A DNA stretch of 32,000 nucleotides from Candidatus Nanohalobium constans (GTDB taxonomy: Archaea > Nanohalarchaeota > Nanosalinia > Nanosalinales > Nanosalinaceae), in NCBI RefSeq assembly GCF_009617975.1, contig NZ_CP040089.1, positions 360,001 to 392,000 of the forward strand. The letters are read 5' to 3'. The notes under the pieces are model-generated. The model was not told the origin of the DNA. It ran no database searches and worked only from the letters and a program-made list of their open reading frames with translations. Numbering within the stretch: the stretch's first letter is position 1; every line of letters starts with the position of its first letter. Positions 1-8,108 of this stretch are shown piece by piece. Made by a program: the position numbers and the translations under genes.

Positions 1-2
1 GG

Positions 3-272
3 ACGACCAAAACAATAAAACAAGGCTCAGAAACAGGAGAGTACAACGACATAGAAATCGACCACATAGGAAACATCCACACGGCTTACACAAGCCAAAA
101 AAAAGTATACCACACAGTATACAACAAAGGAACCACACAAAAGATACAGTCAAAAACTGATGAAGTGAAGATTGGACTAGGATTGATATCAGCACTACTA
201 CTCATATTCACAGCAATTAGACAGGAAGTAATAGCTAAAATAATCCAGAAAATAGGTGAGATCCAGAGATGA
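3..272 (+). CDS. 3' end of an ORF entering from upstream of the window; surface-protein tail with C-terminal hydrophobic anchor
   Basis: Frame 3 is open from the window edge to TGA 270-272 and reads ...KTDEVKIGLGLISALLLIFTAIRQEVIAKIIQKIGEIQR*. The sense strand has the same A+C-rich composition as neighbouring + genes. The listed antisense ORF 86-319 is probably its shadow. Confidence 0.5.
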   Translation, partial: TTKTIKQGSETGEYNDIEIDHIGNIHTAYTSQKKVYHTVYNKGTTQKIQSKTDEVKIGLGLISALLLIFTAIRQEVIAKIIQKIGEIQR

Positions 273-498
273 AAGATAAGGTGGTCGGGTAGAATACTTT
301 TTTGATCAGAATTGTTCAAACGAGCAGTGTTATCTGGGAATAAGGATCAGATATTTGAGCAAGTATTAATTTTATCATTGACTCAGGAATTAATAGTCCT
401 TATCAGCAAATAAAAAATAGTGAAGTTATCATCTTTGTTTGTTTCAGTCAAATGAGATATCATGGGATTTTTTATCCTAAATCTTCAAATTTAAGTCT

Positions 499-1065
499 GT
501 GGTAGATAGAAAGCTGAAGAGATGGGTTGAGCAGCAGTTGGATAAAGGGGAATCACGTGAAGTAATACAGAAAGCTTTAGAGAATAAGGGCTATGATCCT
601 TCGATAGTAGATGAAGTTGAAGAAGAGGAGGTTAGTTCAAGTATCTCCATCAATTCTGAGGATAAAATCAGAAAAATATCTTTAGGTGTAGAGAAGGGTA
701 TTGAAGGAGCATCTGAAATCCGTGTTAAACAAGTGATAATCCTTTCGACCATATTAACAGCTTTATTTCTAGGATTATACTTTCAGCCATTTGCCACAGA
801 CAAAAAAACATCAGAAGAACCTGCAACAGTAACCTTGGGAAAAGTCTCTGCCAATCCGGCAACAGCTACAATCAACCGTACTGATGCTGTTAAATTCAGG
901 AACAATGCGTCACATTCGTTCAAGGTAAGTTTTGACAGGAATATCTCTTCTTTCAGCATTCAACCCGGTAGTTCTGTGGTCAGGAATTTTAACAGAACCA
1001 CTTATTATGATGCCGACCCATTGGATGATGGACGTACAATTAAGGGAAGTATCTATACTCCTTGA
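499..1065 (+). CDS. single-pass membrane protein: N-terminal short helical 'KGY' module, TM helix, cupredoxin-like beta-rich C-domain
   Basis: GTG start about 27 nt after the T-rich box 467-477. N-terminus KRWVEQQLDKGESREVIQKALENKGYDPSIVDEV, one TM helix (VIILSTILTALFLGLYF), C-domain pattern ATINRTDAVKFRNNASHSFKVSF. Paralogue of 1110-1748, and of 13279-13716 in the C-domain. Fold call is from memory of the motif, not a search. Confidence 0.65.
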   Translation: MVDRKLKRWVEQQLDKGESREVIQKALENKGYDPSIVDEVEEEEVSSSISINSEDKIRKISLGVEKGIEGASEIRVKQVIILSTILTALFLGLYFQPFATDKKTSEEPATVTLGKVSANPATATINRTDAVKFRNNASHSFKVSFDRNISSFSIQPGSSVVRNFNRTTYYDADPLDDGRTIKGSIYTP

Positions 1066-1076
1066 ACACAAGGAAC

Positions 1077-1088
1077 TATTTTTTATTC
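1077..1088 (+). promoter_or_regulatory. TATA-like box for 1110-1748 (leaderless-type spacing)
   Basis: tattttttattc is centred about 28 nt upstream of ATG 1110. Archaeal TATA boxes sit about 25-28 nt upstream of the transcription start. Confidence 0.3.
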
Positions 1089-1109
1089 GAACTTTGACAC
1101 AAAAGAATT

Positions 1110-1748
1110 ATGGAGGATTCAAACATCCGGAAATGGATCGAAAAAGAATTGAGAAACGGAGAGAATCCTCGTGAACTCAAGGAAGCACTTCTGGAAGAAG
1201 GCTACAAACCATCAATAGTAGACGAAGTAAAACAAGAAACAAACCATGAAAAAACGACAAACAATACAGAAGAAATTAAACAAAAAATACAGAAAAGCGA
1301 AACAATAACCGAAAAACTCGAAAAAGAGATAAAGAAAGAATGGAAACCAAGGCTAGCTATAATCATAGTCATAGCAACAGTAGCAACAGGAACAATTCTA
1401 GCAACACCAATAACAAACACAATAAACAACACAGATAAACCTATCCAGGAAAAAACCGGGCAGACCGACCAAACAGAAAAACAAAACAAGGCAGGAAACA
1501 CCACCACAATCAAACTCTCTAATGGTGTAGCCAAGCCATCAAGACCATCAATAACGCCAGAAGAAAACATAAAATTCCAAAACAAAGAAAACTACAAAAT
1601 GAAGATAGTATTCGAATCAGAAAAAGAAAACCTGCAGATACCCGCCCAAGACTCCAAAACAACAAACCTTAACTCACTGACATACTACACTGCAAAACCC
1701 GCAGAAACCACTGCAGAACAAATATCAGGATCCATAATAGTCCAGTAA
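1110..1748 (+). CDS. single-pass membrane protein, paralogue of 499-1065 (KGY module + TM + cupredoxin-like C-domain)
   Basis: N-terminus RKWIEKELRNGENPRELKEALLEEGYKPSIVDEV aligns with the 499 ORF. TM helix LAIIIVIATVATGTILA. C-domain ITPEENIKFQNKENYKMKIVFES. TATA-like box 1077-1088 lies about 28 nt upstream of the ATG. Confidence 0.7.
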   Translation: MEDSNIRKWIEKELRNGENPRELKEALLEEGYKPSIVDEVKQETNHEKTTNNTEEIKQKIQKSETITEKLEKEIKKEWKPRLAIIIVIATVATGTILATPITNTINNTDKPIQEKTGQTDQTEKQNKAGNTTTIKLSNGVAKPSRPSITPEENIKFQNKENYKMKIVFESEKENLQIPAQDSKTTNLNSLTYYTAKPAETTAEQISGSIIVQ

Positions 1749-1834
1749 AAACACTCTCAACCATCAAACACCTCCAACTCAAGAAAAATAGTTTAAACCA
1801 GCAACCAAAAAACATTCAACAGGAACAGATATCC

Positions 1835-3433
1835 TTGAAACCAAAAAGTACAAAGATACTTACAACACTTTTCTCACTTCTAATACTGACAGGAATAGCC
1901 ACAGCCACCGACCTACAAAACATAGAATCAATAACACCTCTAGGATCACAAAACATTAATGTCAACGGAACACTAGACCTAAACAATAACAACCCAATCC
2001 TAGCACCAACAAAAGTAGACGGAGTAGACCTAGACAACCCGGCATGGGGCCTATACCTCAACAACAACCAATACAGAATAGACACAGGAGACACAGACTC
2101 AAGATACCTAAACCGTAATGGCGATGCCATGACAGGAGATCTTAATCTGAAAGATAACAGTATAGAAAACGCTGTAATATCTCCTTTCTCATGGATAAGT
2201 GACCCGGTTATACTTGGTCATTACAATAATTACTTCATTGGTGCCGATGAAAAATGGAGTGTTTCATCCAACACTAATTGTCGTTCAGGAAGCTTAGAAG
2301 ATTTATTCGATCATCAGTGGAATTCAGGATGCGACTTCAACGATGCAGATCTGCCTGTAAAAATCAAAATAGATTTTAACAAAGCAAACACATACTCATT
2401 TTCCAACGACTTCGGCAAAATGATGCTTTACTTCGAGTACGGTAGACATGTTTCAGACGTCAAAGTCGAAAGATACCATGCCGGAGGAGACGACACCTGT
2501 GGAGACGGAAACGAATATTGGGATACCATATACCAAAACTCCAACTTTAAAGGCAAAAAGACCATAATAGACATGAAAGGAGATGGTCAGACCTGTCAAC
2601 TCAGAACCACACTGGACGGAAACTCTGAATATACCGACGACATAAGATTCAGCTCATGGAACATGTATCTCCACGGGGATAGAGGAACTCAAGGAGGCTC
2701 CCTAAGAAAATCAGGAGACAATATGTACGGACCACTGGATATGAGCAATAACCCAATCAAAAATATCGACTGGAGCAACAGCGACCAACCTCCTGGAAGT
2801 ACTGATGATCAAAACCTACAAGACACATCAAGGAACAGTGGTACAGTAACAATTCCAATAGAAAACGGAGGAAGCACGTCCTTCACCGACAAATACGAAG
2901 CCAATACAGACGCTGCCACGAGATGTGGAAGTGATGAAGTTCTTGAGGGAGGTGACAACTGTGTCTCAAATTATGAAGCCGCAGATGATGGAGATACTTC
3001 AAGCACAAACGAACTTCAGAACCTTGGTCAAGTCTTAAGTCGAGGAAGTGATGCCAACAACGCTAACCTAAACAATATTAACGATGTCAGATGGACTGAC
3101 AATTCCGGCAATGATATAGCAGGTTACGTGAACAGTGAGAAACAACTTGCATTCATCCAAAAATCAGGAACTGTAACCGGCGTAGCAATAAAAGCAGGCG
3201 ATCTAGACCTTGAAGGCAACTCCATAAACAATATAGGAGGACTTCAAAACTGTGGTGCAGACGAATTTGTCAACGGAAACGGAAACTGCGTGAAAGACAG
3301 CGATACCTCCAGCAGCCAAAACCTTCAACAAACACTGAGCAACGGAAACAGTGCAGGAACCAACAACATAGATCTAAACGGACAAAGCCTAACATCGTCA
3401 AATGGCGAAATTTGCGCCGGAAACAGATGCTGA
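1835..3433 (+). CDS. secreted fibre-like surface protein with tail-fibre-type motifs and a duplicated Cys-pair module
   Basis: TTG start followed by a Sec-type signal peptide (MKPKSTKILTTLFSLLILTGIATA). Motifs DSRYLNRNGDAMTGDLNLKDNSIEN (nt 2120-2170 covers the GDAMTG part) and SGDNMYGPLDMSNNPIKNI (2711-2767). Internal repeat CGSDEVLEGGDNCV...DTSSTNELQNL / CGADEFVNGNGNCV...DTSSSQNLQQTL. Confidence 0.75.
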   Translation: MKPKSTKILTTLFSLLILTGIATATDLQNIESITPLGSQNINVNGTLDLNNNNPILAPTKVDGVDLDNPAWGLYLNNNQYRIDTGDTDSRYLNRNGDAMTGDLNLKDNSIENAVISPFSWISDPVILGHYNNYFIGADEKWSVSSNTNCRSGSLEDLFDHQWNSGCDFNDADLPVKIKIDFNKANTYSFSNDFGKMMLYFEYGRHVSDVKVERYHAGGDDTCGDGNEYWDTIYQNSNFKGKKTIIDMKGDGQTCQLRTTLDGNSEYTDDIRFSSWNMYLHGDRGTQGGSLRKSGDNMYGPLDMSNNPIKNIDWSNSDQPPGSTDDQNLQDTSRNSGTVTIPIENGGSTSFTDKYEANTDAATRCGSDEVLEGGDNCVSNYEAADDGDTSSTNELQNLGQVLSRGSDANNANLNNINDVRWTDNSGNDIAGYVNSEKQLAFIQKSGTVTGVAIKAGDLDLEGNSINNIGGLQNCGADEFVNGNGNCVKDSDTSSSQNLQQTLSNGNSAGTNNIDLNGQSLTSSNGEICAGNRC

Positions 3434-3468
3434 AAACTCCTGAAAACACTTTAAAAAGCTGATAAAAA

Positions 3469-4098
3469 ATGGAAGACGAAATAGAAGACATTGTGGAAGA
3501 CGAAGAGAAAGCAGAAAAACTCTCACAGCTTATAGAACAAAAAATAGAAGAAAAAGTAGAACAAGTATCAAGCAGAGAAACAGAACAAAGAGAAAAAAAT
3601 ACCAAAGAAGAAAAAGAGGAAGTATCCCGCCGAGGATTCCTGAAAAAACTAGGAGCCGGAGCACTCGGCCTAGGAGCAGCCTCAATGCTCCCATCAGTCT
3701 CAGCCTACGACATCAAATCCTCAGACGGACTAGAAGTCTGGTCAGGAAGCAATCAACTAATAGACGCCAGTAGCGCACCCGTAGAGATAATGAACTCAAA
3801 TCTCCGCCTCGCCACTGGTCGGAGTATCGAGGATGGGAATGGGAACTCTCTGTTCAACATCCGTGACGGATACGGATATATGCTACACGGACAGTCTGAT
3901 GAAACCTCAAGAGCGTTGTTACATGATAAAACAATGGGCAACACTGCTCTAAGTTACACCACGTCGACCAGCGCACCTGGCACGTTGGAATTGACGAACG
4001 CGGATTTGAATGTTGGTTCTAATAAAATTAAAACCAGTAATTTTGAGGTTGTGGAAAACTCTGATACTAATAGTTTGGATTTCAATTATACGGGTTGA
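3469..4098 (+). CDS. Tat-signal fibre-like secreted protein with a long acidic pre-RR extension
   Basis: SRRGFLKKLGAGALGLGAASMLPSVSA matches the Tat consensus S/T-R-R-x-F-L-K plus an h-region and AxA-like site, with RR at residues 54-55. Mature part ends in GTLELTNADLNVGSNKIKT. Paralogue of 13791-14963. Confidence 0.8.
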   Translation: MEDEIEDIVEDEEKAEKLSQLIEQKIEEKVEQVSSRETEQREKNTKEEKEEVSRRGFLKKLGAGALGLGAASMLPSVSAYDIKSSDGLEVWSGSNQLIDASSAPVEIMNSNLRLATGRSIEDGNGNSLFNIRDGYGYMLHGQSDETSRALLHDKTMGNTALSYTTSTSAPGTLELTNADLNVGSNKIKTSNFEVVENSDTNSLDFNYTG

Positions 4099-4107
4099 TT
4101 CTGGTTT

Positions 4108-7056
4108 ATGAGTCTAGTTGGTTGGTGGAAGTTAGATGGCAGTGCTGAGGATTCTATAGGAAGTTATAATGGTTATGAGCAAGGCAGTCCTTCTTATTCA
4201 AATGGGAAAATTGGAGATTGTTATGACAATACTAGTGGAGGTTCCAACGGTGTAGAGTTGATTCGCCATAGTGATTTCGTAGAGTATGAAGATTACTATT
4301 CCTTTTCACTCTGGTTTAAATCTACTACTACATCCGGTAATGGAGGGGCGCGTATCATATCACGCGATTACTCGGAATATGCTACTGTCTTATTAAGCCA
4401 GAATGAGTCATCACCACAGTCCTCCAGTAATAAAGGTCTACCCGATTTCTCTGTAAGCGTGAATCAATGGCATCACTTAGCATTCTCAGTAGATGTGGGG
4501 TCCGATGAAGCAAGGATTTTCCTTGATGGCGAACTTGTCGGTACTAGCAGCACCCATAATACTGAAGCAAATCGCCCCTATGTTATTGGAGGAAACACTG
4601 AAGGAGATGGAGATATAAGCGGCAACCACTTTGAAGGCAAGATAGATGATGTAAGACTCTACGATCATAAACTATCAAAAAAAGAAGTAAAGCAGCTTTC
4701 AAGGGCGAAAGTTTTGCATTACAAGTTTGATGATTTTGCCGAGTATACTGAGAACATAATTAAGGATAGTAGGTTAGAGGAGCCTGACATGGATTATGGT
4801 TGGAAGGGAAATGCTTCTAGTAATACAGTGACTAAAGAAGATAATTCTGCCCCTTATCCCGAGGTTGTTCGTTTAGAGAAAACAGGTTCGGATGATCAGT
4901 GGCATGGAATGCATGATAATACAGAAGTTGTCAGTCTATCATCAGGAGATCATGTAACATATTCAGGGTGGTACAGATTAGAATCGGGTGCGACCCAGAA
5001 AAATTTAGCCGGGTTAAACTGGGTGTCAGATGGTTGGGATACTAAAGGAAGCAAGTCTATCACGATGGAGGATGATGAACTTTGGCACAGGTTTGAGATA
5101 ACAGTTGAAATAACTCAGGATTATTCTGACGGCTTTCAACCTGGTCTAAAATGGGCTTATTCAACAGACCAACAGTGGCTGGAGCTATGTGGCGTACAGA
5201 TAGAAACTAAAGACCATGCAACACCATTTGTAGCAGGAACACGGAAAGATAAAGTAGTTGATAGTAGCGGTCAAGGCAATCATGGTCCTCTGGATTCAGA
5301 TACTCCTACCTGGATTGAAAATTCGAAGATTGGATCTGGTGCTTACAGTTTTGAAGGAGACAAGATTCCTGTGAAAAATCTGTATTATGATTCTGCCAGT
5401 CAACTTCCTGAACTTACTTTGTCCGCATGGATTAAAGTTGATTCTAGTGGACAGGTAATTAATTCATGGGATAGAAGTGAGTTTTGGCGTTTTGGAGTTG
5501 GAGGAAGTACAGGTTCCAACGCTATAGATATAGGATTAGCTGATGAAAACGGCGTATCAGATATCAGTGCTAATACAGATGTAACAGATGGAAACTGGCA
5601 TCACGTGGTCTTCGTATATGACCATGGTTCTGTTACATTTTATCTAGATGGTGAGGTAGATGGAACAGCATCCACAGGCGGTAATGCCATAGGACAGAAC
5701 TTGACGAGATATGGTTTTATCGGCGACTACAGTGAAGCAGATTCATTCAATACAGGGTCCGGAGGATCATTTACGGGAGAAATGGATGATATAAGAATTT
5801 ATCACTCGGCACTCAACCAATCAGAAATCCAGCAACTCTACAAACAGAGAGCCAGTATTGATGGTGGCGGTAATCTTCATTCACATGAATTGCATGAAGC
5901 AGAAAATAAATTTGATGATTTTGCCGGCGGCGTAAATTCAGATACAGAGGTATTAGGAGCTCAGGACGGGTTTGAAAATGTTTACAAGGTCGATGCTAGG
6001 GAGAACGATTCCTATGAGAATTTCTTAACTAATTTAGTCAAGACCTCTGACTGGAGTAACTCGGGCTCAGGAAATTATCTTTATCTAGTGTACTGGGCTA
6101 AGGGAAACAACATTCCGGACTGGAGCCGCTCTGAAAACATACAATATCCTTCACCAAGCACATCCGAATACCAAAAGTATGTATTCCGAAATGATGGTCA
6201 AAATTCTAGAGATGAGTACTTCAGACAGTTCTTCGGCAACTCTGATAGCACCAGTTATGCATACATAGCAGACCCAAAAATCTTTACACAATCAGAATAC
6301 AAAAAGAGGAACGGCGTAAAATCCTCAGGCATTTACTCAATGGACGAATTCAACGAAATAGGGCCTGGCGCTGATTCCCTTGTCGGTTACTGGCCTCTGG
6401 ATGGCGACACCCGGGATTACTCCGGCAACGGCAACCACGGCACCAACAACGGCGCCACAGTTACCTCTGGACTGGGGCAGAGCGCCTATAGTTTTGATGG
6501 TACAAGTAGTTATATTTCAGGTTCTGGAAGCTTTACTTTCGATAATCTGACATTTAGTGCATGGGTAAGATATGATTCTGATGCGTCAGGAGGGTCTGGA
6601 AGCTTAGGAAATGCTGTTATTTCAAGTCAGTCACCTACTTTTCAATCTTCTCTGTATGCTGATATGGATAGCAATGAGCAGTTGTTTTATGTCTATCCAG
6701 ATAACGCTTCGTCTTCTACAATCGTATCTACCTCAATATCAAAAGGTAAATGGCTATTTGTTACAGGCGTAGTTAGAGGTTCAAATGTGGTTTTATACAT
6801 AAATGGTATCGAGAAAGGATCTAACACCTTAGATACCGACGGCAGTATATCATGGGGAGATCCTTTTATAGGCAGAGGCAACAGCAGCGAATACTTAGAT
6901 GGAAAAATCCAAGATGTAAGAATTTTCAACCGTGCCTTAACCGAAGAGGAGATCAAAACTCTCTACAACTTGACTGATCCTCGGCAGGATCAAAGAGCGA
7001 TCCAAGGAAAAGATGGAACTGTTTACACTAAAGGCGAATTCAACGAGTTGTTGTAG
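4108..7056 (+). CDS. 982-aa protein with three LamG/concanavalin-A-like lectin domains; no signal peptide
   Basis: Three copies of the Laminin_G_3-type pattern: LVGWWKLDGSAEDS...GKIDDVRLYDHKLSKKEV; VVDSSGQGNHG...GEMDDIRIYHSALNQSEI; LVGYWPLDGDTRDYSGNGNHG...GKIQDVRIFNRALTEEEI. The N-terminus MSLVGWWKLDG has no hydrophobic segment. The start lies 9 nt after the stop of 3469-4098. Confidence 0.85.
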   Translation: MSLVGWWKLDGSAEDSIGSYNGYEQGSPSYSNGKIGDCYDNTSGGSNGVELIRHSDFVEYEDYYSFSLWFKSTTTSGNGGARIISRDYSEYATVLLSQNESSPQSSSNKGLPDFSVSVNQWHHLAFSVDVGSDEARIFLDGELVGTSSTHNTEANRPYVIGGNTEGDGDISGNHFEGKIDDVRLYDHKLSKKEVKQLSRAKVLHYKFDDFAEYTENIIKDSRLEEPDMDYGWKGNASSNTVTKEDNSAPYPEVVRLEKTGSDDQWHGMHDNTEVVSLSSGDHVTYSGWYRLESGATQKNLAGLNWVSDGWDTKGSKSITMEDDELWHRFEITVEITQDYSDGFQPGLKWAYSTDQQWLELCGVQIETKDHATPFVAGTRKDKVVDSSGQGNHGPLDSDTPTWIENSKIGSGAYSFEGDKIPVKNLYYDSASQLPELTLSAWIKVDSSGQVINSWDRSEFWRFGVGGSTGSNAIDIGLADENGVSDISANTDVTDGNWHHVVFVYDHGSVTFYLDGEVDGTASTGGNAIGQNLTRYGFIGDYSEADSFNTGSGGSFTGEMDDIRIYHSALNQSEIQQLYKQRASIDGGGNLHSHELHEAENKFDDFAGGVNSDTEVLGAQDGFENVYKVDARENDSYENFLTNLVKTSDWSNSGSGNYLYLVYWAKGNNIPDWSRSENIQYPSPSTSEYQKYVFRNDGQNSRDEYFRQFFGNSDSTSYAYIADPKIFTQSEYKKRNGVKSSGIYSMDEFNEIGPGADSLVGYWPLDGDTRDYSGNGNHGTNNGATVTSGLGQSAYSFDGTSSYISGSGSFTFDNLTFSAWVRYDSDASGGSGSLGNAVISSQSPTFQSSLYADMDSNEQLFYVYPDNASSSTIVSTSISKGKWLFVTGVVRGSNVVLYINGIEKGSNTLDTDGSISWGDPFIGRGNSSEYLDGKIQDVRIFNRALTEEEIKTLYNLTDPRQDQRAIQGKDGTVYTKGEFNELL
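6907..7056 (+). repeat. copy 1 (in-gene) of the ~145-nt LamG 3'-end direct repeat
   Basis: Aligns by eye with 7932-8074 and 8775-8910. All three end in gagttgttgTAG. Confidence 0.85.
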
Positions 7057-7067
7057 CAGTTGGTTTT

Positions 7068-7553
7068 TTAGTTTTCTTTGAGTATGTTGTCTGTGTTTAT
7101 TTTTCGGTTGTCTTTTCGTTCTATTGTTTTGATTGAGTCTTTGAGTTCGTCTTTAGAGATTATTTCTTTTTGGTTTAGTAGTTTGGCGAGGTTGTTGAAG
7201 GCTATTGTCTGTACTTCTTGTTTTTCTGCGTATTTGGCGGCGGCTTGATCCATCGTGAAGAATATTGCGTTTCTTGATTCTGCTACTGTGATGGCTTCAA
7301 GTTCGCCCTTGTCAACTGATTGTTCGTTGAATCGTTCTCTGTACTGTTTTCTTTCTTCTTTGGCAGGTGTTTCAGTGTCTAACTTATCGAATATTTTGTT
7401 TGGGTATTTGTAGCCGTGTTCAAGCGGTTTTTCGAGTTCCTCTTCAATTTTAGGAGTAATGACGACTTTGTGGTTCTTAAATAGTTTTAGTGTTTCGTCT
7501 ACAAGTTCGCCTTTGGCTAAGACACTGGCTGCATCTGTATCGATTATAAGCAT
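7068..7553 (-). CDS. PIN-domain toxin (DUF3368 / COG2405-like)
   Basis: MLIIDTDAASVLAKGELVDETLKLF... and ...VDKGELEAITVAESRNAIFFTMDQAAAKYAEKQEVQ match the DUF3368 PIN pattern. I prefer ATG at 7553 (7 nt after the upstream stop) over the TTG at 7577 used in the ORF track. Confidence 0.75.
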   Translation of the reverse strand: MLIIDTDAASVLAKGELVDETLKLFKNHKVVITPKIEEELEKPLEHGYKYPNKIFDKLDTETPAKEERKQYRERFNEQSVDKGELEAITVAESRNAIFFTMDQAAAKYAEKQEVQTIAFNNLAKLLNQKEIISKDELKDSIKTIERKDNRKINTDNILKEN

Positions 7554-7560
7554 ACGGTTT

Positions 7561-7881
7561 TTACAGCCTCTTTTCAACTTCTTCTTTCTCTTCCTCGCCG
7601 CCTTCTCTGGTCTCTATGTTTATTCCTCTCTCCTTGAGTTCTTCTTTGTAGTTTTCCAGGTCCATTTCTGCGAGTTCGGCAGCCCTCATAAGTGAGATAT
7701 CCTTACTTTTGTAGAGCTCTACCGTTATCCTGATCCGTTTCTCAGGGTTCTTCCTCAGGAAAGTTCTGAATGCATCTCTCATGACATCGCTTCTGGAACT
7801 ATATTCTCCAGAATCAACGAGAACATCAATTTCATCCCTCATAGTTTCGGGTATACTGAAAGAAGTACTGGCACTTGTCAT
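7561..7881 (-). CDS. antitoxin, RHH (CopG-like) N-domain fused to a UPF0175-like HTH domain
   Basis: SFSIPETMRDEIDVLVDSGEYSSRSDVMRDAFRTFL is a ribbon-helix-helix pattern. VELYKSKDISLMRAAELAEMDLENYKEELKERGINI matches UPF0175, the usual partner of DUF3368 PIN proteins. ATG 7881 is preferred over TTG 7902. Confidence 0.7.
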   Translation of the reverse strand: MTSASTSFSIPETMRDEIDVLVDSGEYSSRSDVMRDAFRTFLRKNPEKRIRITVELYKSKDISLMRAAELAEMDLENYKEELKERGINIETREGGEEEKEEVEKRL

Positions 7882-7900
7882 AAACCTAACAATAGTTAGC

Positions 7901-7912
7901 AATATTTAATAA
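7901..7912 (-). promoter_or_regulatory. TATA-like box for the RHH-PIN operon
   Basis: aatatttaataa is centred about 25 nt upstream (minus strand) of ATG 7881. Confidence 0.3.
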
Positions 7913-7931
7913 CTTTAGCGCTGTACAGCAG

Positions 7932-8074
7932 ACCCAAGATATAATCCGGCGAATATGACTGCTGAGGAGGTTAAAACTCTATACAATTTGACTGATCCTC
8001 GACAAAGTCAGAGAGTGATCCAAGGAAAAGATGGAACTGTTTACAGTAAGGGTGAGTTCAGTGAGTTGTTGTAG
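7932..8074 (+). pseudogene. orphan copy 2 of the LamG gene 3' end (no gene body)
   Basis: Reads ...NMTAEEVKTLYNLTDPRQSQRVIQGKDGTVYSKGEFSELL* in frame with TAG 8072-8074. Stops lie immediately upstream. 14 mismatches to copy 1 over the last 96 nt (hand alignment). Confidence 0.8.
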
Positions 8075-8108
8075 CTGTAAGAATCTTGATTTTTAGGCGG
8101 TGATATTG

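Noticed and set aside
1202-1585. Antisense or alternate-frame ORFs listed in the track: 86-319, 932-1174, 1202-1585, 1816-2130, 3270-3605, 3753-3944, 4486-4668, 6693-6956, 7459-7695, 8116-8517, 9042-9302, 9781-10044, 10534-10830, 11139-11420, 11602-11826, 11780-12016, 12311-12532, 12939-13187, 13428-13649, 13745-14029, 14486-14701, 15258-15440, 15505-15831, 15834-16070, 16067-16911 (three ORFs), 17311-17556, 17888-18178, 18759-19091, 19191-19394, 20027-20272, 20275-20589, 20676-20861, 21742-21969, 22775-23038, 23154-23531, 23574-25984 (several), 28891-29097, 29344-29655 (two), 29602-30399 (three), 30510-30752, 31003-31218, 31429-31722.
   Set aside because: Each overlaps a longer ORF with recognisable motifs or paralogues. 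They translate to Ser/Phe/Leu/Cys-rich or Arg/Lys-rich low-complexity sequence and lack sensible start contexts. These are typical shadow ORFs of a strand-biased genome.
7955-8074. The orphan 3'-end copy 2 has an in-frame ATG (7955) and could encode a 39-aa peptide.
   Set aside because: There is no promoter-like box at suitable spacing, and the sequence is simply the tail of a LamG domain. It is treated as a gene fragment.
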